Shown here piece after piece: positions 9,729 to 17,129 of a DNA stretch of 64,000 bases. The stretch lies in assembly GCF_039975415.1 (NCBI RefSeq), contig NZ_JBDWHD010000004.1; one strand, written 5' to 3'. The stretch comes from Ascidiaceihabitans sp. GTDB lineage: Bacteria; Pseudomonadota; Alphaproteobacteria; Rhodobacterales; Rhodobacteraceae. A program made the translations under genes and the position numbers. How positions within the stretch are numbered: the stretch's first letter is position 1; each line of letters opens with the position of its first letter. The notes beneath the pieces are model-generated. The model did no database searches. It had not been told where the DNA came from and saw only the letters and a program-made list of their open reading frames with translations.

Positions 9729-10118
9729 TTAAAACAACGCGTGCGCCAAAAGACCCAACGCGGTGAACAAAATCATCGAAAAGGTCAAAACCATGCCGCC
9801 GACACGCAACCCCATGATCTGCGGGTGCTTTGAGAATCCGATTGCATGCATGACCCGACCAGCCACCAACATGATGCCAAGGACATGCAATGCCACTGGC
9901 GGGGCCCCTTGGATTTCCGAAATGAGCAGCAGAATCAGACCCATTGGTGCGTATTCGCCGCAGTTGGCCTGCGCACGCATGCGTTGTTCCAGATCTTTGT
10001 GGCCTTGGTGCCCGACCGACACGCGATTGCCACGGCGATAGCGCACAACGCGAACGCTAAGGGCGATGAACAGCAGGGCAATAAGACCCGCGTAAAGTGA
10101 TGTAATGACGAGGGACAT
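9729..10118 (-). CDS. MAPEG-family membrane protein
   Basis: 129-aa protein with four helices and motifs such as VRVVRYRR...RAQANCGEYAP...GRVMHAIGF. I chose ATG 10118 because AAGGAA lies upstream. Confidence 0.75.
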   Translation of the reverse strand: MSLVITSLYAGLIALLFIALSVRVVRYRRGNRVSVGHQGHKDLEQRMRAQANCGEYAPMGLILLLISEIQGAPPVALHVLGIMLVAGRVMHAIGFSKHPQIMGLRVGGMVLTFSMILFTALGLLAHALF

Positions 10119-10212
10119 AGGGCTTCCTTTTTCTTGATCGCACAGTTTTCGCACGGGGCGGTGGAACTGACCAGCGCTTTGCGGAGGGGGGAATCGTGAT
10201 CAGTGCTGTTTG

Positions 10213-11112
10213 TCAGCTGGCTTTAACAGTGTGTAGATTAAGCGCTGCCTGAAACTTGGTGAAACGGGGATGCCATCTCGTTGCGGTTTGCAGTTTTGCG
10301 CTGGACAGGGATTGGTCAAGCGTCGGGCCTTTGGCCCATGCCCCGTGCGCTTGCATCACGTCGGCCACGCTGCGGACCACTGTGCTGCTTTGGCTCGCAT
10401 AGAAGTGCGTGATCGTGTTTGCGATGTCGCCGACCCGCACACCTTGCTGTGCCACGGCGTTGAAATGTCCGCGTAGATCGGGACATACCAACAGATCGCA
10501 ATAGGCCCGTGCCAGATCGTGCCGTTCTATCAGCGGCCATCTTGTGTTGGGTTTTCCCCAAATTTCCACCGGATCATGGGAACGGGCTGCGTCGCGAAAC
10601 CGTTCAAAGACCCCACCGCCATCCAAATGATACACCATGGCAGGATGTATGACTGCGACAGACAGATGACTGGCCTGTAACAAGCGCTGCGCATGATGCA
10701 CCATCCACGCAAAGGCGGGCAGGGGATCGAACGCAGATGTTTCGGTGGCGGTGTTGCCGCCAGTGTCGCCATAAAGCCAGCAGCCCCCAGTGTACAAAAC
10801 CCGTAGCTTGGGTCCGGTGCGTTCTGCATCCGCCAACAGTTGTGAGACAACACGATTGTCGGCCTCGGCCATATCGTCGCCAAATGTTGCGGCGGCTTGA
10901 ACAAACGCGTCGTGAGACAGGGCGGCAGGCATCCAATGGGCGGGATCCATCATATCGCCGCGCAAAACTTGCGCACCCATAGCTTGCAGGCGATGATCCG
11001 ACGCTGCAGACCGGCTTAAGGCTGTAACACGGTGGCCCCTTGCCACAAGTTCAGTGACTAGGCCCGTGCCAATGGACCCTGTGCCACCCAGTAAAAAGAC
11101 ATCCAATGTCAT
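10213..11112 (-). CDS. NAD(P)-binding epimerase/dehydratase-family protein
   Basis: N-terminal Rossmann motif LLGGTGSIGTGLV. The length is typical for the family. Confidence 0.8.
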   Translation of the reverse strand: MTLDVFLLGGTGSIGTGLVTELVARGHRVTALSRSAASDHRLQAMGAQVLRGDMMDPAHWMPAALSHDAFVQAAATFGDDMAEADNRVVSQLLADAERTGPKLRVLYTGGCWLYGDTGGNTATETSAFDPLPAFAWMVHHAQRLLQASHLSVAVIHPAMVYHLDGGGVFERFRDAARSHDPVEIWGKPNTRWPLIERHDLARAYCDLLVCPDLRGHFNAVAQQGVRVGDIANTITHFYASQSSTVVRSVADVMQAHGAWAKGPTLDQSLSSAKLQTATRWHPRFTKFQAALNLHTVKAS

Positions 11113-11186
11113 CGCGTATCCCCCGGCAGTGATTTTGAACGAGGGTGGCGCCTGAAGTACGCTTTAGGTCAAGATCTGAAGTGATG

Positions 11187-11867
11187 TCAGTCGTCAAACC
11201 CCACAAAACGGGTCAGGTTTTCGACAGGACGGCGCCGGGATACGACCGCGTTGGCGTCGAAACTGTCATCCGGCCAGCCCATTGCCACACAGGTCATGAT
11301 GATCTGGTCGTCGGGAATTTGGGCGATTTCGCGCACAACAGGGCTTTGCATAATACCCTGACCGTTGATCACGCAGCCCAATCCTTTGGACCATGCCGCC
11401 AAAACCAACCCGTAAGTGACGGCGCCAAGGTCAAAATGTGCGATGGTGCCGCCCGGCTCCATGGACTTGTCGTAGCACACCACGATAGATACAGGGGCAT
11501 CGAATTGGCGAAACCCGCGCATGACCCAATCCAGACGTTTTTCCTTGTTATCGCGTTCAATGCCCATGGCCTCAAACAGCTGTACCGCTATCTCGATCTG
11601 GCGATCGCGGTGTACACCTTCATATGCGCCATGGTCCTGAATTTCGCGGCTTGGCGGCACGCCTTCCATCATGCGGCTTTGATTGCCCATGCGCACTTTG
11701 TTCAGGGGGGCACCGGTCAACACATGTAAATGCCATGGCTGCGTGTTCATGGACGACGGTGCACGGTTGGCCAGGGCGATGATCTCTTCGATCAGCTCTT
11801 TGGGAACGGGTTTGTCTTGATAGCCGCGGATGCTGCGGCGGGTTTTCATCGCGTCGTCGAGGTTCAT
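11187..11867 (-). CDS. Nitroreductase-family protein
   Basis: MKTRRSIRGYQDKPVP...APSSMNTQPWHLHVL signature. I chose ATG 11867 because AAGGGAG lies upstream. Confidence 0.85.
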   Translation of the reverse strand: MNLDDAMKTRRSIRGYQDKPVPKELIEEIIALANRAPSSMNTQPWHLHVLTGAPLNKVRMGNQSRMMEGVPPSREIQDHGAYEGVHRDRQIEIAVQLFEAMGIERDNKEKRLDWVMRGFRQFDAPVSIVVCYDKSMEPGGTIAHFDLGAVTYGLVLAAWSKGLGCVINGQGIMQSPVVREIAQIPDDQIIMTCVAMGWPDDSFDANAVVSRRRPVENLTRFVGFDD

Positions 11868-11950
11868 GTGCGGTCTCCCTTTGCGCGTCAACTTTGGCGC
11901 TGGGCGGGTTCGGGTCAATCGCGACCTTACGGAATTTTGACACATCAAAC

Positions 11951-12031
11951 GAAAAACGACGGCCGCTGGGAGGAGCGACCGCCGTCTTGATGAACCTGCA
12001 GCGTCAGGGAGGAGGAGAGACCCTGCAGGTT
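11951..12031 (-). ncRNA. CcsR/cuckoo-type sRNA unit 3 (two anti-SD hairpins; the second doubles as a terminator)
   Basis: Stems 11994-12001/12023-12030 and 11958-11963/11981-11986. The loops carry CUCCUCCUCCC and CUCCUCCC on the minus strand. UUUUU follows directly (plus-strand A-run 11952-11956). Confidence 0.7.
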
Positions 12032-12043
12032 ATTGGGTGCAGT

Positions 12044-12122
12044 ATGCGGCAGCATCTTAATGGGAGGAGAAAGATGCTGCCGCTATGCACAGACGCACCA
12101 AGGGAGGAGAGGGCGCCTGATC
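12044..12122 (-). ncRNA. CcsR/cuckoo-type sRNA unit 2
   Basis: 13-bp stem 12046-12058/12071-12083 and stem 12090-12098/12111-12119. Both loops expose CUCCUCCC on the minus strand. Confidence 0.7.
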
Positions 12123-12159
12123 CGGTTTTTGTCTTTGGACCTTCGGGTCCGGTGTGAAA

Positions 12160-12242
12160 ATGCGGTGACACCCTAAAGGGAGGAGAAAGATGTCACCGCG
12201 TAAAGCAGACGCTTCAAGGGAGGAGGAAAGAAGCGCCTGATC
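12160..12242 (-). ncRNA. CcsR/cuckoo-type sRNA unit 1
   Basis: Stems 12162-12170/12191-12199 and 12206-12215/12230-12239. The loops expose CUCCUCCC and CCUCCUCCC. The unit starts 9 nt after the DUF1127 stop codon. Confidence 0.7.
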
Positions 12243-12250
12243 TCGTTGTC

Positions 12251-12475
12251 TTAGTTCAGGTACGCGGCCTCATAGGCCAAACGTCTGATTTCGCTGCGGT
12301 TGATGCCCAGATCAGCCAGATCGCGGTTGGTTAGGCTGGCCAGCTCATTGAACGTGGCGCGGTAAACGCGGCGCTTTGCGCGACGTGTCGCTGCGGCGTC
12401 AAGCCACTGTGCCAGTGTTGCCAATACGCGACCTGTCAGGTCATTGCGTGCGGTTGCGTCTGTAAAGTATGCCAT
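12251..12475 (-). CDS. DUF1127-domain small protein (CcaF1 / RSP_6037-like)
   Basis: 74-aa ORF ending ...FNELASLTNRDLADLGINRSEIRRLAYEAAY, which is the DUF1127 C-terminal signature. It lies immediately upstream of and co-oriented with the CcsR-type hairpins. Confidence 0.88.
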   Translation of the reverse strand: MAYFTDATARNDLTGRVLATLAQWLDAAATRRAKRRVYRATFNELASLTNRDLADLGINRSEIRRLAYEAAYLN

Positions 12476-12520
12476 GATTATCTCGTCTTTCGTTGGCTAC
12501 TGCGTCGTTCGTTAGGGGTA

Positions 12521-12548
12521 ACATATGCCAATGCTGCGCTTGCACAAT
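12521..12548 (-). promoter_or_regulatory. Candidate RpoH-type promoter for the DUF1127-CcsR transcript
   Basis: On the minus strand: TTG (12547-12545), N17, CATATGT (12527-12521). This compares with the alphaproteobacterial RpoH consensus TTG-N16-18-CYTATNT. Motif match only. Confidence 0.3.
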
Positions 12549-12716
12549 GATTAGTTTTTCAATGCTGCCATGCAGCAACTGCATAGCGTTAACCTTGAAA
12601 TTCAAGCGCTTAATAATAATGCGGTTTGCGAATTAAGTAGGCCATGACGGAATGCCTTGTTCTTTTGTTCAAAAAGCACAATTACACGACTGACGATATT
12701 AAAGGAGACGCGCCAT

Positions 12717-13787
12717 ATGTCCGTGACCAAAGAAGACGTCCTATCCGCTTTGTCCCGTGTGGGGCTGCCAGGCGGCGATACACTGGTCAGCCGGGACATG
12801 ATCCGTGCGGTCACGATCAACGGCGACAGCGTCAGTTTTGTGGTTGAGGCACCGACGCCCGAAATCGCCACCCAGATGGAAGGGGCGCGCAAAGCCGCAG
12901 AAGCCGTTGTGATGGAATTGGACGGGGTGTCCAAAGTGTCTGCCGCCTTGACGGCGCATGGCCCCGCCGCAAAAGCCCCGCCGCCCAACTTGAAAATCGG
13001 CGGCCATCCCAAGCCGCAAGACGGCCCAACCAAGCCGTCCGGCGTACAGCGCATTTTGGCGATTGGATCGGGCAAAGGCGGCGTTGGCAAATCCACCGTG
13101 TCTTCAAACCTTGCCGTCGCCTTGGCCAAACAGGGCCGCAAAGTTGGCCTGCTGGACGCCGACATCTACGGCCCCTCGCAACCGCGCATGATGGGTGTGA
13201 ACAAACGCCCCGCATCGCCGGATGGCAAAACGATCATTCCTTTGCACGCCCACGGCGTCACCCTGATGTCCATTGGTTTCATGATGGAAGAAGGCAAAGC
13301 TGTCGTCTGGCGTGGCCCCATGTTGATGGGCGCGCTGCAACAGATGCTGGGGCAGGTGGAGTGGGGCGAGCTGGATGTGCTGCTTGTCGATCTGCCCCCC
13401 GGTACAGGCGACGTGCAACTGACCTTATGTACCAAATCCGAGCTAACAGGTGCTATTGTGGTGTCCACGCCGCAAGACGTGGCGCTGATCGATGCGCGCA
13501 AAGCGCTGGATATGTTCGCGACGCTCAAGACCCCTGTCTTGGGACTGATCGAAAACATGTCGATGTTTGTCTGCCCCGATTGCGGGTCCGAACATCAGAT
13601 CTTCGGGCAGGGCGGTGTTGCGGCCGAGGCCGACAAGATGGGCGTGCCGTTGCTGGGGGCGTTGCCGATTGATCTGGACACACGGCTTGCAGGCGACGGT
13701 GGGACACCGATTGCAGCGGGCGAGGGGCCGATGGCGCAGGCCTATGCAAAGATCGCTGAGGGGTTGATCAAAGGCGGGATGGCCTGA
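12717..13787 (+). CDS. apbC: Mrp/NBP35-family Fe-S cluster carrier ATPase
   Basis: GSGKGGVGKST P-loop, CPDCG motif, N-terminal MIP18-like domain. I chose ATG 12717 because AAGGAG lies upstream. Confidence 0.9.
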   Translation: MSVTKEDVLSALSRVGLPGGDTLVSRDMIRAVTINGDSVSFVVEAPTPEIATQMEGARKAAEAVVMELDGVSKVSAALTAHGPAAKAPPPNLKIGGHPKPQDGPTKPSGVQRILAIGSGKGGVGKSTVSSNLAVALAKQGRKVGLLDADIYGPSQPRMMGVNKRPASPDGKTIIPLHAHGVTLMSIGFMMEEGKAVVWRGPMLMGALQQMLGQVEWGELDVLLVDLPPGTGDVQLTLCTKSELTGAIVVSTPQDVALIDARKALDMFATLKTPVLGLIENMSMFVCPDCGSEHQIFGQGGVAAEADKMGVPLLGALPIDLDTRLAGDGGTPIAAGEGPMAQAYAKIAEGLIKGGMA

Positions 13788-13788
13788 G

Positions 13789-14559
13789 CTACTTTCTGGG
13801 TGAAGGCTTTGATGTCTCCATAAGTGTTTCAGATGCAGTTTGTAGCAGGGCTAGAGTGAACAGGAAAACGCCCATTGCGCTCTGGGCGATAACCCATTCT
13901 GGCGCACCAAGCGCTGTTGCAATATTCAGTCCTAATATTAGGGCAAAAATGATTGCTGTCGCGAAGACCAAATCGGAGTCATTTGCGGATTTGGATTGCC
14001 ATATTTGTATGATGTTCAACGGTGTGTGGGTAAACGCCGTTGGCAAACATACCGCACTGCGCACAATTGCAAATATAAGAAGAAAGCCAGCCCAGATTGC
14101 GATCAACAGCATAAGCATAGGCAATAATAAAATGAATATCAGCCTGCTGTCTAGGCCGCCGCTTGTAAGCCTCGCAAAAATGGCCAGTCCGCCCCATGCG
14201 AAAAATAATATCGCGGTCAGCACAGTGATAGCGCCAACAAAGATTATCCAAAACGTCAGTATGTAAACAATCAATGATCGCAACCCACCCGCCTTGTGGT
14301 AGTTGCTTTGTTTACTGAGATACCAAGAAACTGAGGCACAAAATATTATGATGCTCGTGAGAAGTGCAGCGGTTGCGCTGACAGTGCTTAACACGGTCAA
14401 CGCGTCTTCAAATTTGAATGCCAGTACGCTTCGGGGCAGAAGATGTTTCAGGGTTCGTGCCATGATTGGGCCGCAAAAGTAGAAGATTATTGAAGAGCCC
14501 AAGAAGGCATGAATAGGAAGGCGGCTGAGGGCGATAATCGTCTGCATCAGTAATGGCAT
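13789..14559 (-). CDS. Hypothetical multi-pass membrane protein in an AT-rich patch
   Basis: 256-aa ORF with 6-7 hydrophobic helices. GAGGAG lies 8 nt upstream of ATG 14559. The composition is visibly more AT-rich than the flanking genes. Confidence 0.6.
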   Translation of the reverse strand: MPLLMQTIIALSRLPIHAFLGSSIIFYFCGPIMARTLKHLLPRSVLAFKFEDALTVLSTVSATAALLTSIIIFCASVSWYLSKQSNYHKAGGLRSLIVYILTFWIIFVGAITVLTAILFFAWGGLAIFARLTSGGLDSRLIFILLLPMLMLLIAIWAGFLLIFAIVRSAVCLPTAFTHTPLNIIQIWQSKSANDSDLVFATAIIFALILGLNIATALGAPEWVIAQSAMGVFLFTLALLQTASETLMETSKPSPRK

Positions 14560-14819
14560 GCCCAGATCTCCTCATCGGTGTCGCCGCGTTGTGTGATAGA
14601 TCGCCCAGACTAAGACAAGTGCGCCTGTGTTGGTTTGGCAGGAATATGGAATGGTCCGTTCATGGGAAATCATGGTCCGTAGCGGCAAGAAGGGCGAATC
14701 AAGTCGTGAAATTTGTATGATTTTGGTTGAATTTAGTGAGTGAAGGTTGGTTTTGCAGTTCTTGCTTGTGTGAACAAAAAAAGAACACACTGGTGGCGCA
14801 GAGGAAATCAGAATTTATT

Positions 14820-14874
14820 TGGGAATTTATGGGCCGCTTTGTCTTTGGGTGAGCTTACACCATATATAGTGGGC
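14820..14874 (+). promoter_or_regulatory. Candidate dcw promoter overlapped by TGGG direct repeats (possible MraZ boxes)
   Basis: TGGGA (14820), TGGGC (14830), TGGGT (14846) and TGGGC (14870). The first two show the 10-nt spacing described for E. coli MraZ operators. TTGTCT (14839-14844), N18, TATATA (14863-14868) is sigma-70-like. Confidence 0.25.
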
Positions 14875-15030
14875 GTTTACCAATAAAAGGCTAATTGGGC
14901 CAAATTTCATAAACTTATCCACATGCTTCGGTCACTCGAATGCCCTTGAAGTCATGTGTGCGCTGGGTCATCTCCCAAATAATCCCTTGCCAGCCCATGC
15001 TTTCCCATGGCATCCCTAGTGCATCGGATG

Positions 15031-15236
15031 AGAACGAGACCACGGGGCACCAAACGACCCCACACAAAAACAAAACTCTAGCAGGTTTCATACAGGCACC
15101 TCGCTTTCATCAGACCAAGAGATCCGGCGCGCGAGCGAGCAGACATCCCCCCAGGTGGCGCGCGCAGCTGGACTTCCCGCCAAGCGGGACAATGGCGGCG
15201 GGTTGATCAGTGGCAGCAGATCAACCCGCCGTTTTT
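15031..15236 (+). ncRNA. UpsM-like terminated leader RNA upstream of mraZ (5' end not determinable; only the 3' end is defined)
   Basis: A strong intrinsic terminator ends at 15236, 65 nt before the mraZ start. The 5' coordinate is only a placeholder based on the roughly 200-nt size reported for R. sphaeroides UpsM. Confidence 0.4.
15196..15236 (+). terminator. Rho-independent terminator/attenuator in the mraZ leader
   Basis: 13-bp stem CGGCGGGTTGATC (15196-15208) / GATCAACCCGCCG (15219-15231), 10-nt loop, then TTTTT (15232-15236). Confidence 0.8.
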
Positions 15237-15301
15237 ACATCCACCACGGGGACATGAATTCGGTGCGGACGCGCACGCAAACAAGGGACGGAAGCAGGCC
15301 A

Positions 15302-15793
15302 GTGGCACGCAGGTTCAGAGGCGAAAGCGACCATAAGGTCGACACGAAGGGGCGGGTATCCATACCAGCCTCTTTTCGCCGTGTGATCGAAGCCTGTGAC
15401 CCCGATTGGACCGACGGCCTGCCGCCCCGCATCATCCTTGTTTACGGTGGTGCGACGCGCGACTACCTCGAAGGCTTCACGATAGAAGCCATGGACGAGG
15501 TCGACGACAAGATTGCAAAATTCCCCCGTGGGTCCGCCAAGCGAAAAGCGATGGAGCGTTTGTATTCCGCGCAATCCGTTGAGGTGATTGTGGATGATAC
15601 AGGCCGCATCGTTTTGCCCGCGAAGCTCCGCGACAAAATCGGCCTGAATGGCTTGGCGCGCTTTGTGTCTTCTGGCGATACGTTCGAAATCTGGACCCCC
15701 GAAGCCTACGATGACAGCATCGCGGCATTGGATGATGATGGGTTTGATCCTGATCTTGATCCTTCCGTCTATCTGGACGGGGACATGGAATAA
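15302..15793 (+). CDS. mraZ: Transcriptional regulator MraZ
   Basis: (V)[27 protein letters not shown] plus a second DxxGR repeat ([13 protein letters not shown]). I chose the GTG start at 15302. An in-frame ATG at 15254 is the alternative. Confidence 0.85.
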   Translation: MARRFRGESDHKVDTKGRVSIPASFRRVIEACDPDWTDGLPPRIILVYGGATRDYLEGFTIEAMDEVDDKIAKFPRGSAKRKAMERLYSAQSVEVIVDDTGRIVLPAKLRDKIGLNGLARFVSSGDTFEIWTPEAYDDSIAALDDDGFDPDLDPSVYLDGDME

Positions 15794-16776
15794 TGTCGGA
15801 CCGCGGTCAGGAAACTGGGCCACATATTCCGGTGCTGATCAACGCGATTGTCAAAGCCTGTGACCCTGTTCAGGGGCGTTGGCTGGATGGCACGTTCGGG
15901 GCAGGGGGCTATACCAAACATCTTTTAGATGCTGGCGCGGATCATGTCATGGGCGTGGATCGCGATCCTTTGGCGTTTGAAATGGCAGCCCCTTGGGTGG
16001 GGGACTACGGCGACCGTATTACACTGACGCAAGGTGTGTTTTCGAAGATGGACGACTATGCGCAGGATCTGGACGGCGTGGTTCTGGACCTTGGCGTCAG
16101 CTCTATGCAGCTTGATCTGGCCGAGCGCGGCTTTTCCTTTATGCGCGACGGGCCTTTGGACATGCGCATGTCACAAGATGGGCTGTCTGCCGCCGATATC
16201 GTCAATGAAGGCGCAGAAGAACACATCGCGGCCATTCTGTTTCATTACGGTGAAGAACGCGCGTCTCGCCGGATAGCAAAGGCTATTGTACGCGAACGGA
16301 CGCTTGAACCTATCACGACCACATTGCGCCTTGCAGGCATCATAGAATCTTGTTTGCCGCGTCCCAAACCCAACCAATCCCACCCCGCCACACGCAGTTT
16401 TCAGGCGTTGCGCATCGCGGTGAACGACGAATATGGGGAATTGTTTCAGGGGCTTATGGCAGCAGAGCGGGCATTGAAACCGGGCGGAAAATTGGCGGTG
16501 GTCACATTCCATTCCGTCGAAGACCGGATGGTCAAACGCTTTTTGACCGCGCGGTCCGGCAATCAGGCCAACGCCAATCGCTTTGCACCCGAAACAGAAA
16601 AACTGCCTGCGCAATTTACAGTCAAATCGCGCAAGGCGATTGCCGCGGACGCAGATGAGGTCGAGATGAACCCGCGCGCACGCTCTGCCAAACTACGGGT
16701 GGCGACACGCACAGACGCGCCAAGCGGGTTGGTGGACGCAAAAGCGTTGGGCATGCCAACGGTCGAGGGCAAATAA
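15793..16776 (+). CDS. rsmH: 16S rRNA (cytosine1402-N4)-methyltransferase
   Basis: HIPVL...[10 protein letters not shown]...[10 protein letters not shown]...RFHSVEDR-type motifs. TAATG overlap with mraZ. Confidence 0.95.
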   Translation: MSDRGQETGPHIPVLINAIVKACDPVQGRWLDGTFGAGGYTKHLLDAGADHVMGVDRDPLAFEMAAPWVGDYGDRITLTQGVFSKMDDYAQDLDGVVLDLGVSSMQLDLAERGFSFMRDGPLDMRMSQDGLSAADIVNEGAEEHIAAILFHYGEERASRRIAKAIVRERTLEPITTTLRLAGIIESCLPRPKPNQSHPATRSFQALRIAVNDEYGELFQGLMAAERALKPGGKLAVVTFHSVEDRMVKRFLTARSGNQANANRFAPETEKLPAQFTVKSRKAIAADADEVEMNPRARSAKLRVATRTDAPSGLVDAKALGMPTVEGK

Positions 16777-17129
16777 TGCGCACTGTATTGTATATATTGA
16801 CAGTTTTAGGTGTCGTTGGTCTGGCGTTCTGGGCGTACCGTGAAAACTATGCCACGCAACAATCCTTGGCCGAAACCGATCAGCTGCGTAAAGAAATTCG
16901 TGCCAGCCATGCGCGGTTGGCCGTTTTGCGGGCGGAATGGGCCTACCTGAACCGCCCCGACCGGTTGCGCGAATTGGCCGACATCAATTTCGACAGCTTG
17001 GGGCTGCTGCCCATCACACCTGACCAGTTCGGCATGATCGATCAAGTGTCATATCCAGTGGTGGAAGACGACGAAACGCTGCCCATTACCAATCCCGTCG
17101 ATGTGTCCAACACCGGAGACCAGCCATGA
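16776..17129 (+). CDS. ftsL: Cell division protein FtsL (alphaproteobacterial type)
   Basis: 117-aa bitopic protein (one TM helix, then a coiled coil) in the canonical slot between rsmH and ftsI. Start and stop overlaps on both sides. Confidence 0.85.
   Translation: MRTVLYILTVLGVVGLAFWAYRENYATQQSLAETDQLRKEIRASHARLAVLRAEWAYLNRPDRLRELADINFDSLGLLPITPDQFGMIDQVSYPVVEDDETLPITNPVDVSNTGDQP

Noticed and set aside
12047-12240. Plus-strand reading of the GGGAGGAG motifs as Shine-Dalgarno sites. Two 16-codon mini-ORFs follow them at identical spacing (ATG at 12074 and 12190).
   Set aside because: The motifs sit in hairpin loops with compensatory stem changes. The array is co-oriented with a DUF1127 gene on the minus strand and ends in a minus-strand hairpin plus U-run. 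The mini-ORF ATGs are simply part of the conserved stem sequence AAGATG.
14572-14790. 72-aa minus-strand ORF, and the plus-strand ORFs 14940..15206 and 15155..15301 in the dcw upstream region.
   Set aside because: They have no SD sequence and odd composition. They overlap the predicted leader RNA and terminator. The in-frame extension of mraZ back to 15155 runs through the terminator hairpin.
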